Sequence record: SRR2962707_3740
Length of the DNA: 62,912 bases
Direction: 5' to 3' (one strand)
Part shown: piece by piece, positions 29,830-41,100 of the stretch
Position numbering within the stretch: the first letter of the stretch is position 1
Layout: each line of letters starts with the position of its first letter
Position numbers and translations under genes: made by a program
The notes under the pieces: generated by a model
What the model was told of the DNA's origin: nothing
What the model saw: the letters and a program-made list of their open reading frames with translations, nothing else
Database searches by the model: none

Positions 29830-30604
29830 TGAAATTCGGGAAAGTTGCGATCCCGCTCATGCCCGGAGTCAGTTCCGGGTAAACCTGATCAAGGGTTGCT
29901 TCAAGCTCGATGCTTTGCGCGATGGCATCGATGCGGGAATTGATTGATTTGATCGTGGCGGGATAGGTTGAACCGGTTTCAAGAATATTGACAGTCAGCG
30001 CCACGCCAACCGCCAAATGGGGGAGCATCACCGAGGGCACATTCAGGCGCACTTTGAGAGGCCCGTCGCTGATGATGTCAAACAGTGGGGTTCCGGCACT
30101 GATTGTCTGATAGGAGCGGGCGTAAACCTTGGCAACCTTGCCCGAGAACGGGGCTTTAACGGTGCAATAGCTGGCTTGAACAGATGAGAGGATTTTTGCA
30201 CCTTCGGCCTTGCGGACTTCTGTTTCTGCCATGGCAACTTCAAGATCACCTGCAGCATTAAGGTCGCGCAAATCTTCGCGTGCCGAAAGGCTTTGACGGG
30301 CCATTTGTAATTCGGCGTCGGCCACGCGTGCACGTGCGGTTGCTTCGCGACAATCAAACTGTGCGAGGTTAGTGCCTTCTTCAATCGGCTGACCAAGATC
30401 GACCGAGATTTTCTCAAGCGTTCCGGCCATCTTGCTTGAAAGGGTCGTTTCGGTATCGGCAGCCAGAAGGATGCGTATTGCCGCGCTCGAGGACATCTGT
30501 GATGTCGAGTAGTCTTGGTCCTGGGCCACAGCACTGCTTATTGGCCCGGCGATCAGCGCGGGCGTAAAAGTCATCGCAAAGATCAGATTACGAATTCGTA
30601 TCAA
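29822..30604 (-). CDS. RND/HlyD-type periplasmic adaptor (membrane fusion protein) with signal peptide
   Basis: LSSKMAG..V.LGQ, VKAPFSG, LTPGMSG; probable TTG start at 30604 with GGAG RBS (the ORF-track extension overlaps tolC). Confidence 0.85.
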   Translation of the reverse strand: MIRIRNLIFAMTFTPALIAGPISSAVAQDQDYSTSQMSSSAAIRILLAADTETTLSSKMAGTLEKISVDLGQPIEEGTNLAQFDCREATARARVADAELQMARQSLSAREDLRDLNAAGDLEVAMAETEVRKAEGAKILSSVQASYCTVKAPFSGKVAKVYARSYQTISAGTPLFDIISDGPLKVRLNVPSVMLPHLAVGVALTVNILETGSTYPATIKSINSRIDAIAQSIELEATLDQVYPELTPGMSGIATFPNFNG

Positions 30605-32132
30605 CCGTGTACTCCGCCGCGAATTGACTGAAATTCTCACGTTCTTGTTTGCGCAACGTCTCTTCAATGGCGCTGGCAAGGGTGCTGATATCATAGCCGT
30701 CGATCTGTTCTGGAAGAACATCAAGACCAATAGAGTTATACAAACGGCCCCAAGCGGCCTGTGTCCGGGAATAGGACGCTTCACGTTGATAACGTGACAG
30801 AAGGTAGCGGCCTTCGGCGCGAATGACTTCAAGTTCGGAGCCAAGCGCACTGCTGCTTTGAGCCCGCGCATAACGCAGCAATTCACGGTCTACGCGCAGG
30901 CTTTCCTGCGTGAACAGTAAATCTTGCCGGGCCAGATGATAGCGTAACGCCCCGACCCGCACCTGTGTCAGGATCGCCATTGAAAGTGCCATACGCCGCG
31001 CGTCATCGGTTTTTGCCTGTGATTCTTCTGCGCGTTGCAGGGATGGCAATTGCGTTAATCGCAACAGATTAAGCGAAACTTCAAGCCCCGTACTCGCCCA
31101 AGCCTGATTGTAGAGATACTTATTGGAATCAAATTCATACCCGGCACTGACCGAAACATTTGGCCAGAGTTCAGCTTTGGCAATCGCAAGATCATTCTGG
31201 TTCACGCGTTTGCGGTACCATTCTTCCATGATCTCGGGTCGGTTTTTCAGGGACAGCTGTTCAAGATTGGCAATGTTGCCTGTCAGTGGAACCAGAGTTG
31301 GTTCCTTGCTGTCGGCCAAGGTCAGTTTTGTCCGTGGTGGCAAGGACATCAGGGCTGCCAACTCGGCGCGCGCAAATTCAAGATCTTCGCGGCGTGTGGT
31401 TAGCAGATTAAGCGAGTCAAGCAAGGCGCGCTGATATGCCAATGCTTGTTGACGGTCCATCAATCCGCGCTCTTCAGCTGCACGGGCGGCGTGAAGGGCC
31501 TTGTCCGTACGCAAGATCAGGGCGTTCACCTCGGGCAATAGACGCTGCGCGCCAAGCGCACGCCAATAGGCATTTCGAACGTCCTGCAAGACATTCTGGG
31601 CAACGCGCCGACGGCGTTCTTCGCTCATCAGAATCTGATCAAGTTTCTGCTGGTTGCGGTAATAGGCAACACCAAAATCAAGCAGGCTCCATGTCAGGTT
31701 AAGACCGGCAAGTTTGCGATAGCGTTCCTGCGAGGTTGATGCGCGCAGACTTTCTTCGCGGTCTTCAATCCCGATGGAGGTTCCACCTGAATCGTTGCTT
31801 CGTCCGGAATACCCCGCCGATGCCACCAGACGTGGCAGCATTTCATGCGCCGAGACATCCTGAAGGTCTGATGCAAGGGCGCTTTCCATCAGTTTCAACC
31901 GATAATCAAGATTGTATTTCAGCGCCCGTGCGACGGCCTCGTAAAACGTGATCGGGCGGGTGATCGGTTCCTGATCCCGATACATAAGGGCCCGATCCTC
32001 TGCAATTCGCTGGATATGCTGTTCTTTTGTATAGGGTTGGGGCGTATCAAATGGTGTTGTGGAACACGCGCCCAAAAACAGGGAGGTGGTAACGATGAGA
32101 CCAAACGTCGCGAACGCAGTTCTTTTGGGCAT
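30588..32132 (-). CDS. TolC-family outer-membrane channel (lipoprotein)
   Basis: Lipobox LFLGAC; two OEP repeats (ARALKYNLD...LPRL; NRPE...LWP). Confidence 0.9.
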   Translation of the reverse strand: MPKRTAFATFGLIVTTSLFLGACSTTPFDTPQPYTKEQHIQRIAEDRALMYRDQEPITRPITFYEAVARALKYNLDYRLKLMESALASDLQDVSAHEMLPRLVASAGYSGRSNDSGGTSIGIEDREESLRASTSQERYRKLAGLNLTWSLLDFGVAYYRNQQKLDQILMSEERRRRVAQNVLQDVRNAYWRALGAQRLLPEVNALILRTDKALHAARAAEERGLMDRQQALAYQRALLDSLNLLTTRREDLEFARAELAALMSLPPRTKLTLADSKEPTLVPLTGNIANLEQLSLKNRPEIMEEWYRKRVNQNDLAIAKAELWPNVSVSAGYEFDSNKYLYNQAWASTGLEVSLNLLRLTQLPSLQRAEESQAKTDDARRMALSMAILTQVRVGALRYHLARQDLLFTQESLRVDRELLRYARAQSSSALGSELEVIRAEGRYLLSRYQREASYSRTQAAWGRLYNSIGLDVLPEQIDGYDISTLASAIEETLRKQERENFSQFAAEYTVDTNS

Positions 32133-32143
32133 GCGGAATCCTC

Positions 32144-35100
32144 TTAGGCACTTGAGTCGGGTGAAACGGGCGCATTTGGTGCCGTGGGTATGGTTGGAAT
32201 TGCGGTTGGGGGAAGTTGTTGCCCCGCCTGTTGCAGCTGGGCGGTAAAGTTGCTGGCTGATTTCGGGGGCGCGGTATCAATCGCGGCGGTGGTGAGGCCA
32301 CCATCATTGGTCAATCCATTTGAGAACGGCGCAAACAGCGACGGGTCACTCAGCAACCCGTCGGCATTCAGATCTACACGACCTTGCCGTCCGACGAAAA
32401 CGGCAAGGTCAAGGCTGCTTTCAAACTCGCTGCTTCCGACACTGCCGCCAACAAACTGGCCGGTAATGTCGCCAAGTCCTGATCCGATAGACTGACTGCG
32501 AATGAAGGCCGGCAGACCGAGGAGAATATCGGCACCATTCGTTTGCGAATTAACCGCTTCGTTGACAGATGAATTGATCTGAACTGTCGGCGTGACGAAA
32601 ACTGCGGGTGTCGGATCACCAAGCGGCGGGGGTGGGGGTTGAGTGACAACAAAGTCACCGGGCTGATTTCCCCCGCGGAGGCCATTGCCTTCTGGTGCCG
32701 GAACAAACGGGGCCGCAATATCAAGATTGATCGTCAGGTTTGCCTGATCGGTCGCCCCCCAGTCATCAGATAGCGTATAGGTAAATTCATCCTTCAGGAC
32801 CGTTCCCAGCCCGGCCGCAGCAAGGACTTCGGAATTACGCAGGTCAATTGCGTAGCTGTATGAACCATCGGCATTGAGGGTCAGGGTACCGTATTTCCCC
32901 TGAATGGATGTGCCGAGCGTGCCTTCGGTGCCTGTACCATCTTCGGCACCGGTGCGAATGGCGATGACTTCAAGGCTGTTTACATCGTCAGTGTCGGTAT
33001 CATTGGGGATGACGTTGCCGGTTGCGTGTGGCGCCTGAGTCTGATCGCTGGCGGTATTGGTATCATCAACGGCGACCGGTGCGTCATTGCGACCACGAAT
33101 GATGACGGTAAGCTGTGCAATATCGGTCTGTCCGCCATCGTCAACCACCTGATAGGTGAATATCTCGGTTTTACTACCCTGTGCGGGCAGGTTGATCAGA
33201 TCGGTATTGGTTGAATCCACCACATAGCGATACGTACCATCCGCGCCGATGGTCAGCGTGCCATAGGTGCCGACAAGTTCTGTGCCATCATCTTTGCTGG
33301 TGTTCGATGTAACGGCATCAAGCGCACCCCCGGCACTTTCAGAGCCCGTCCGTGCGCCATTGACATATTTGGAGTCACCGGAATCGACATCGGTGTCATT
33401 GGTCAGAACATTGCCTTCGGGGTTTTTTGCGGTGTTCTCCGCATTTTCCGCAACGGCATAAGCAAAGTTATTGACCGCAACAGGGGCATCCCAGGCACCG
33501 TTGATCGTGATGGCAATTTCGGCAAGGTCGGTTGCACCGCTGCCGTCAGATAGTCGATAGGTAAAGCTTTCTGACAGGCTATCACCAGCCTTAAGCGCCT
33601 GAACGGATGCAAGGCTATTGTTGACTGCATAGGTGAAGGTACCATTGGCCGCGATTGTCAGCGTGCCATAGGTTCCGGTGACAGTTCGGCTGCCTGAAAC
33701 CGACAGGATTGAACCACTGGCACTTTCACTACCGGTTCGAATACCTGTCACACTTTTTGTGTCACTGCTGTCGACATCGGTATCGTTGGTCAGGACATTT
33801 CCAGTCGGATCGACGCCCGCAGACCCGTTGTTGGTGCCGCCGGCTTCGGTTGCCGTTGCTGTATCATTTACGGCCACCGGAGCATCATTCGCGCCGCGGA
33901 TTGTAACTGTCAGTGTTGCGGTACTGGTGGCACCGGCAAGATCCCGTGTCGTGTAAGTGAACGTCTCGGTCAGTGTTTGAGTGGAGCTTCGCAAGGCCTG
34001 AACGGCAGCATTGCTGTTATCGACAACATAGCTATAGCTGCCGCTGCTGGTTAATGTCAGCGTGCCATAGGAACCCGCCAAGCCGCTTCCGACTGTGCCA
34101 ATTGTCGTGCCCTGGCGAACGGCACTGACCGACAGGCTTTCGCCGTTGGCATCGACATCGCTATCGTTGGTCAGGACATTTCCGGTTGGATTGGTGCCCG
34201 CGGTTCCATTGTTTGTGCCACCGGCTTCCACCGCAATGGCTGTGTCATTGCTTGCAGTCGGGGTGTCGTTTGCGCCCTGAATGGTGATGGTTATGGCGGC
34301 GTTGTCGCTCGCACCGGCCTTGTCACTGACGGTATAGGTGAAAGTATCACTCAGTGTATTACCACTGTTGCGCAGTGCCTGAACGGTGGCATTCGAGTTA
34401 TCAAGACGGTAGCTGTAACTGCCATCTTCATTGACCGTAAGCCAGCCATAGGTTCCCCGCAATTCAGACCCCACGGTGCCCGATGTGCCACTTGCAGCTT
34501 CGGCACCTGTGCGAATGGCAGACACTTCCTTGGTCTCTCCATTTGCGGTGCTGTCGACATCTGTATCATTGGTCAGGACATTGCCCGATGGATCGGTGCC
34601 CGGACTGTTATTGCTTTCACCACCCGCTTCGACGGCTGTGGCACTATCATCAACTGCAACCGGGGCATCATTTTGCCCGCGAATGACAATGACGATTTCT
34701 GCCGTATCCTGCAGACCACCACCGTCCTCGATCGTGTAGGTGAACCGTTCCGTTACGGTGTTCGTTGTATTGCGTAACGCTTCAACCGTGGTGTTGGTAT
34801 TATCGACAACGTAGCTGTAAGTGCCGTCGGAATTCAGGGTCAGGCTGCCATAAGTGCCGGTAAGTGCGACGCCAATTGTACCTGATGTGCCACCACCACC
34901 CGATGGGCCCGTTCGGATTGCAACGACGGTTAAAGGATCACCATCCGGGTCGACATCGCGGCTGGTGACATCGCCAGTCGGATTTGAGCCCGCTGTTGCA
35001 TTGTTAACGCCACCGGATTCCTGGGCAATCGCGAAAGCATCCTGCGCAACAGGATCGTCATTCGCACCATAAACCGTGATTGTAATTGTTGCCGTGGTTG

Positions 35101-38100
35101 TCAGGCCGTTTGTATCGGTTATTTCATAGGTGAAAACTTCATCCTCGGGAGAGCCGCTGGGGAGTGCGATCACATCAACATTTTCACTGTCGACATTATA
35201 ACGTGCCGTGCCATCGGAACTTATATAAAGCGTCCCATACTCACCTGTAACAGCAACTTCTGTTGCGCCACTGGAAATGCTGGTAAGGGCACCCGCTGCG
35301 TTCAGGTTTTCAGAATTGATCCCGGAAACCCGAAGATTGGTGTTCGGCTGGTCAGCACTATCAACGTCTGAATCGGCCCCGTCTCCGGTGTCATTGGTAA
35401 TCACGTTGCCAGACGGGTTGCTTTCAGCTGCATCCGTATCGCCCAAACTGCTATTGGCAGCTTGGGCGACGGCCACATTGTTCGTCGCAACCGGATTATC
35501 ATTTGCGCCATTAATCGTGATGGTCAGATTGGCAAGGTCATTCAACCCGGCCGCATCGGTGACCTGATAACTAAAGACTTCTGTTAGTGTGTCCCCGGCG
35601 GACAACGCCTGAACATCTGTATTGCTGTTATCAATCACATAGGAATAATCACCGTCCGAGTTTATGGTCAACGTACCATACGTTCCCGTGATTTCTGTGT
35701 CGTTCGAAGGGTTAATGTCTACGGCTGTCAGTGCGCCGCTCTCATCCTTTGGAACGGCACGAACCCCGCTTACGGTTTTGGTTTCGCCATTTGCAACGCT
35801 GTCGACATCGGTATCATTTGTCAGGACATTTCCTGTGGCATCAGAACCCGGGGTTCCGTTGGAAACGCCACCGGCCTCGGTTGCGCTACCGGTATCATCA
35901 ACGCCAACCGGGGCATCGTTGGCGCCTGAAATGGTCACCGTAAAGGTTGCGGTATCCGTGGCATCGGCAGTGTCCGACACAGTGTATGAGAAAACCTCGC
36001 TCAGCGTATTGCCGCTAAGGCGCAAGGCCTGCACAGCGGCATTGTCATTATCGACGACATATTGATAGCGACCGTCACTTTGAACCACCAGACTGCCATA
36101 TAGCCCGGGGATGGTTGCTGATCCACCCGATGAAATCGTGTAGGTATCCAGTGTGCCGTCCAATGTGACATCAGTGACGCGCAGTTCGTCATCATTGGTT
36201 GCGATATCAACATCGGTATCATTGGTAAGCAGGTTGCCGCGTGGATCAACCCCCGGTGTCAGGTTATCATTGCCTCCGGCTTCGGTCGCGGCGGCGGTAT
36301 CATCATTCGCTGATGGCAGGTCGTTGACGGCATTGACGGTGATTTGCAGGCTGTCGGTGTCGGTCAGGGCATCGTCACTGGTTTCGCCCGGTGTGCCGTC
36401 ATCATCTGCATCGCCGTAATTGCCGCGGTCGGTGGTGGTGACGGTCAGTGTGTCTGTTCCGTTATAGTTGGATGTGCCTTGATAGGTGACATTGTTGGCC
36501 AGTGTTGCATTGATATCGGCTTTTGTCCCTCGCAGCGTCAGGGTCGCGCTGCCGTTACTGCCTGATACAATTGTTGCACCCGAAAGGTTTACCGTCACTG
36601 TTCCTTGCAGAACAGTAAGGGTGACTTGAAGTTCGGAAACACCGCCGCGATCAGAATCAATATCATCAATTGAGATACCCGAAATCGCGATCGAGGTATC
36701 TTCGTTGACCGTCTGATTGCCCGGTAAGGTATTTACCGGCGCGTCATTCTGTTCGACATAACCGGCATCTGCCGTATCCGTTCCGCCCTCTCCCAGCGTG
36801 ATATCGACCTGTCCAAGGGTTCCGCCTGTACCATCCGTATCAATACGAACTTCAAGATCACCAACCGGTTGTGCGTATGTAACGGTATCTGTCGGGGTAT
36901 CGATCCGGTAATTTCCAGATGGCAAGACACCAAAACTGTATTCGCCATTGGCATCGGTTGAGGTGGTAAAGACCAGATTATCCGCCGTGGTCGTAAGGTC
37001 GCCATCGGCACCGGCCCATGTCAGGGTGACGGTCAATCCGTCCAACCCGGTCGCTCCACCATCGGGTGTGGTGTTTGCGCCATCTGCAGCTGCCGTTGAC
37101 GTGTCGTTCCATAACGTACCGCTGATGACACCAAGCCCGGCACCTTCGGTCAGCACATATGTATTGGCCCCAACGCCCGAGCCGGTTCGTTCGCCATCAC
37201 TGTCACCATCCGTACCAACACTGTTGCCGCCCCAGCTTGTGAAATCTTCGGGCAGGCTGCTCCAGGTCAGGCTGGCGTCGGTTGAGGCGATAGCGATGCC
37301 ATTGGGCACATCCACCGAATAGGTGACAACGACTGAATCATCGACATCAATCTGGTCAAAATCAACCGATATGCCGCCGGTCTCACTGAAAGTAATGCCC
37401 GATGGCAGGTTACCCGCAGTATATGTGGTGTCATTGATCTTGATGCTGATCAGGTCGTAATTGGTCCCGCCGGTGAAATCGTCGGTCACGTTGGTGTTAA
37501 AGGCCGGTGCACCGCCATCCTGTGTGAAGCTCAGTTCGACAGTGGCCGTGCCAGTGCTGCCGGACGGGTTCGGATCGAAATCGGTGACGGTTTTATCAAC
37601 GCTGTTGAAGCTTGGTTCGACTACTGTTTCGGTAAATGTATCGCTTTGTGCGCCGTTCGTGCCGTTGCGAATTTCCTGAACTTGCATGCCCAGTGCAGCA
37701 CCAGCCGAGCTTGCCGCCACATTGGCAACCCTGACATTGAATTCCAGAACAATGCCTTCACGATCACTGTCGACTTCGCTGTTGCTAATATTGCCAAAAT
37801 CGAAAGTCACAACCTGTCCGGCGATACTTACCTGCGCTGGATTAAGTACGCCAGTTGGCGCGCCATCAGCCAGATTGGGGTCAATTGACTGAGCTTCTGC
37901 GCTGTCCTGATTTCCAGAAATCGCAAGCGTCCCTCCGGTAATCAGGGGAGCGTCGGTCGTCAGGCCACTATCTGAAATAAACCCGACCAGCATCGCGTTG
38001 TCGTTTTCATCAATGAATTCAAGACCGTTATCGAGTGTAACTTCCAACTGATAATTGGGGTTCGAGCCTTCGGGTAACAAAACGACAACCCGGTAACGGA

Positions 38101-41100
38101 TGATTTCGCCAACAGCGACCGTTTCGTTGGAGGCATCGGTTGGATCCGGGGCTGCTGTATCGGGCAACCCGCCAACCCGGGAAACCAGAATAGCCTGTGC
38201 CACCGGGAATGTCAGGGTATCACTGCGCCGGTAATCATTTAACGTGCCACCACCCAGTGTACCGTCCTCACCGGTACGTTCACCGGTACCCGCCGATGCG
38301 CCATCCATGCTGGTCCAGCGGACCTCGGCGGTGTTGCTGAAATTGGCTTCGGAGGCGGCGGTATCATTGACCGTGCCGGTGACCCGAATAACGATGCTGC
38401 CGCCTTTGGTGATATCGACGTTGGCTCCGGCAATTGTTTGTAAGACACCTGAACCAACATCGATTTCAAAATCGGCACCGCCGTTGTTGGTGGCCCCGCC
38501 GCTATAGGTAATACCGGCGATGGTCAGGCCATCAAGCTCGGTCGGAAGGGTGCTGGCGAGACTGATGTCAAAGGCATCAAAGTCCGTGTCGCTGTTGCCA
38601 TTGGTGATGGTGATGGTGAATTCAACATCGTCGCCTTCGTCAAAGCCCAGAGTGGTGGACGTGACAACCGTCTGATCAATGGTCAGGGTTGGTTCGCGCA
38701 AGGTGATCGTTGGTTTACCATCGGAAAGTGCAACCGTGCGGTTTTGTGGGGTTGATCCATTGGCGGTATCCCCGTCTGGATCGGAATAGGTAAGCTCGGC
38801 ATTGTTCTGACGGGTTGTCCCCGCCTGATTGGCTGCGACGTTTTCTGCAACCAGCCGCACGCGAATGACAAAGCTGTTATTCCCGGTGTCATTGTCAGCC
38901 GTGGTGGTCGACGCACTAAAGGAAAAGCGGCCATCCACCCCGTCATCACCAAGCGATCCGGACACTGCGGCAAGGCCGCTAATGGTTACGGTTCCGGCAA
39001 AGTCATTTGAAAGCGCACCACTTTCAGATGTCAGCGTTATCAGTTGATATCCTGATCCGTTGAAGCTGGTATCAAGGCTCATACCCGATGGGACCAGATC
39101 ATCAATCTGCAGGGACTGCGTTGTGCCTTCGGGCAGGGTGACGACGATGTCATAAAGCATACTCTCACCCACCACAAGGTCCGAGCCCGTGGTGTGAGAT
39201 GCACTGGAATCACTGTTATCAAGGCTGCCATCAGCAAAGTTTTTGCGAATTTCCGGTGCGGCGACCTGTTGATCGGCAGTATCGGTCAGGTCCGTCGATG
39301 TGAAATCTGTGCCGCCATCAACGCTGGCATAATTGCCAAGTGTTGCTGTGGATTGCAGCGTGGTACTGGCATCAATCGCATCGTTGACTTCAACGTCATA
39401 GGTAATAACGACAAGATTGGACCCGTTGGTATCGGCAGATGTACCGTCCCGCCCGGCCAGAAGGGTTGCGACCCCGCCATTATCAAGGAAGGAAATCGTG
39501 TTGCCAGAAACACTGTAATCGGTATCAAGAACCAACAGCGTCCCGTCGCCGCGATATACTTGAAGATTGGCATCTGTAAGGGTGCCATTGGCAAAGCTCA
39601 GTCCGGTTGGAAGGGTGATGCTGGTGGCAACATCAAATGCACCACCTCCACCGGTATTTTCAATCGCGGTGGCAAGACGCAAAAGGTCGCCGCCATCAAT
39701 GTCGGTGACACTGCCGTCAATCGCAGTGATATCGTTTACATTGCCGGAAAATGGTGTACCGGTCGTGCCCGGTGCGCTCCATGTGCCAGTCGTGCCGCTG
39801 ACGGTGCCGTTGCTGGATGAAACCACGCCATGGCTCATGGTCAGGACAGGTTCTGCGATTGAAGATATCGGCGCAACATCCGAAGACACAAGTGTTTGCG
39901 CGGTAAGCGTGGTGGATTGTGACGATTGCGCCAGAACATTGATGGAGCGTTGATCGGCATAGGGCTGATCGCCGACCGTCATGGTGAACTGAACTTCAAT
40001 CGTGCTGCCATCAGTCGAAGATGTGTCAAAATCGCCGAAATCAAATTCGATGGCATTGCCGGCTGCACTTGTAACGGTCGGTGCAGATCCTGCGTTTGTA
40101 TTGTCCCCGCCAAAATTCCATGTGTCGGTACCCGATCCCATGGACCAAGTGGTGCCGGAGACACCAACATCAAATAACGGCAGCGGCAAATACGCGGTCA
40201 GTACGAAGTCTTCGTAATCACTGGTCAGAAGATCGTAATTCAGCGTAAAGGTAACAACGTCACCGGGGTTAAGCTCAACATTTGAGGGCGGGGTGCTGCC
40301 ATTCACATCTGATATCGTAATATCGATGCTGCGATGTGCCAGTGTGTGGCTGGTGGAACTGTCATCGCTTTCATCACTGCCCGTCAGGTTCAGCGCATCC
40401 TGAAGGATGGTGGCCGTGACCGAGGCACTGTTGCTGATGGCATCCCCTTCATTGATGGCATTTTTCGGCGTCGAGCCCGATGTATAATTCTGGCTCAGAA
40501 CCGCACTGTAGCTGATCACGCCAAGGGTGGCGCCCACCTGTGTGTCATCAAAGGCCAGATCCCCGATCAGGGCCCCCAAAGTCAGGCCGGAATTGCGCAG
40601 GGCTTCTGCAATATCAAGCGTTACCGTTGTGACACCGTTGGAGTCAGTTGATTGGTTTGCAGTACCGGTTAAATCGATGGTGTGAGACGCACCATTCATG
40701 GTGTAGGTGAATGTTGCCGGCGGAGACCCGACCAACGTTTGGCCATCACTTAGCGTATCCGTAATGACGAAGCTGCCATTTTCAAAGAAGTCTTCCCCGA
40801 AGGCAAAATAATCCGAGATCGCCAGATCGAGTGTATAGCGCAGTGTATCGCCCGGTGTCAGACCACTTTGACCATTATCAATGGCAACGGTTGCCGATTT
40901 TTCGACAGTGATCGACTTGGCAACAAAGCTGGTACTTGATCCGGTGCCAGTGAATTCGATGTTTTCGGCATCATCTTCAAGATCACGCTCATCAAGCGGC
41001 ACCCAGTTGCCCGATCCGGTCGGGCCATCAACCGTGATGGTAACATCATCACCTGTCGTGGGATTAAGCACGAGATCACCGTCGCTATCGGCTTCGGGAA

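Noticed and set aside
30605-30886. Long N-terminal extension of the MFP overlapping tolC
   Set aside because: ORF-track artefact; an RBS-supported TTG at 30604 gives a normal signal peptide.
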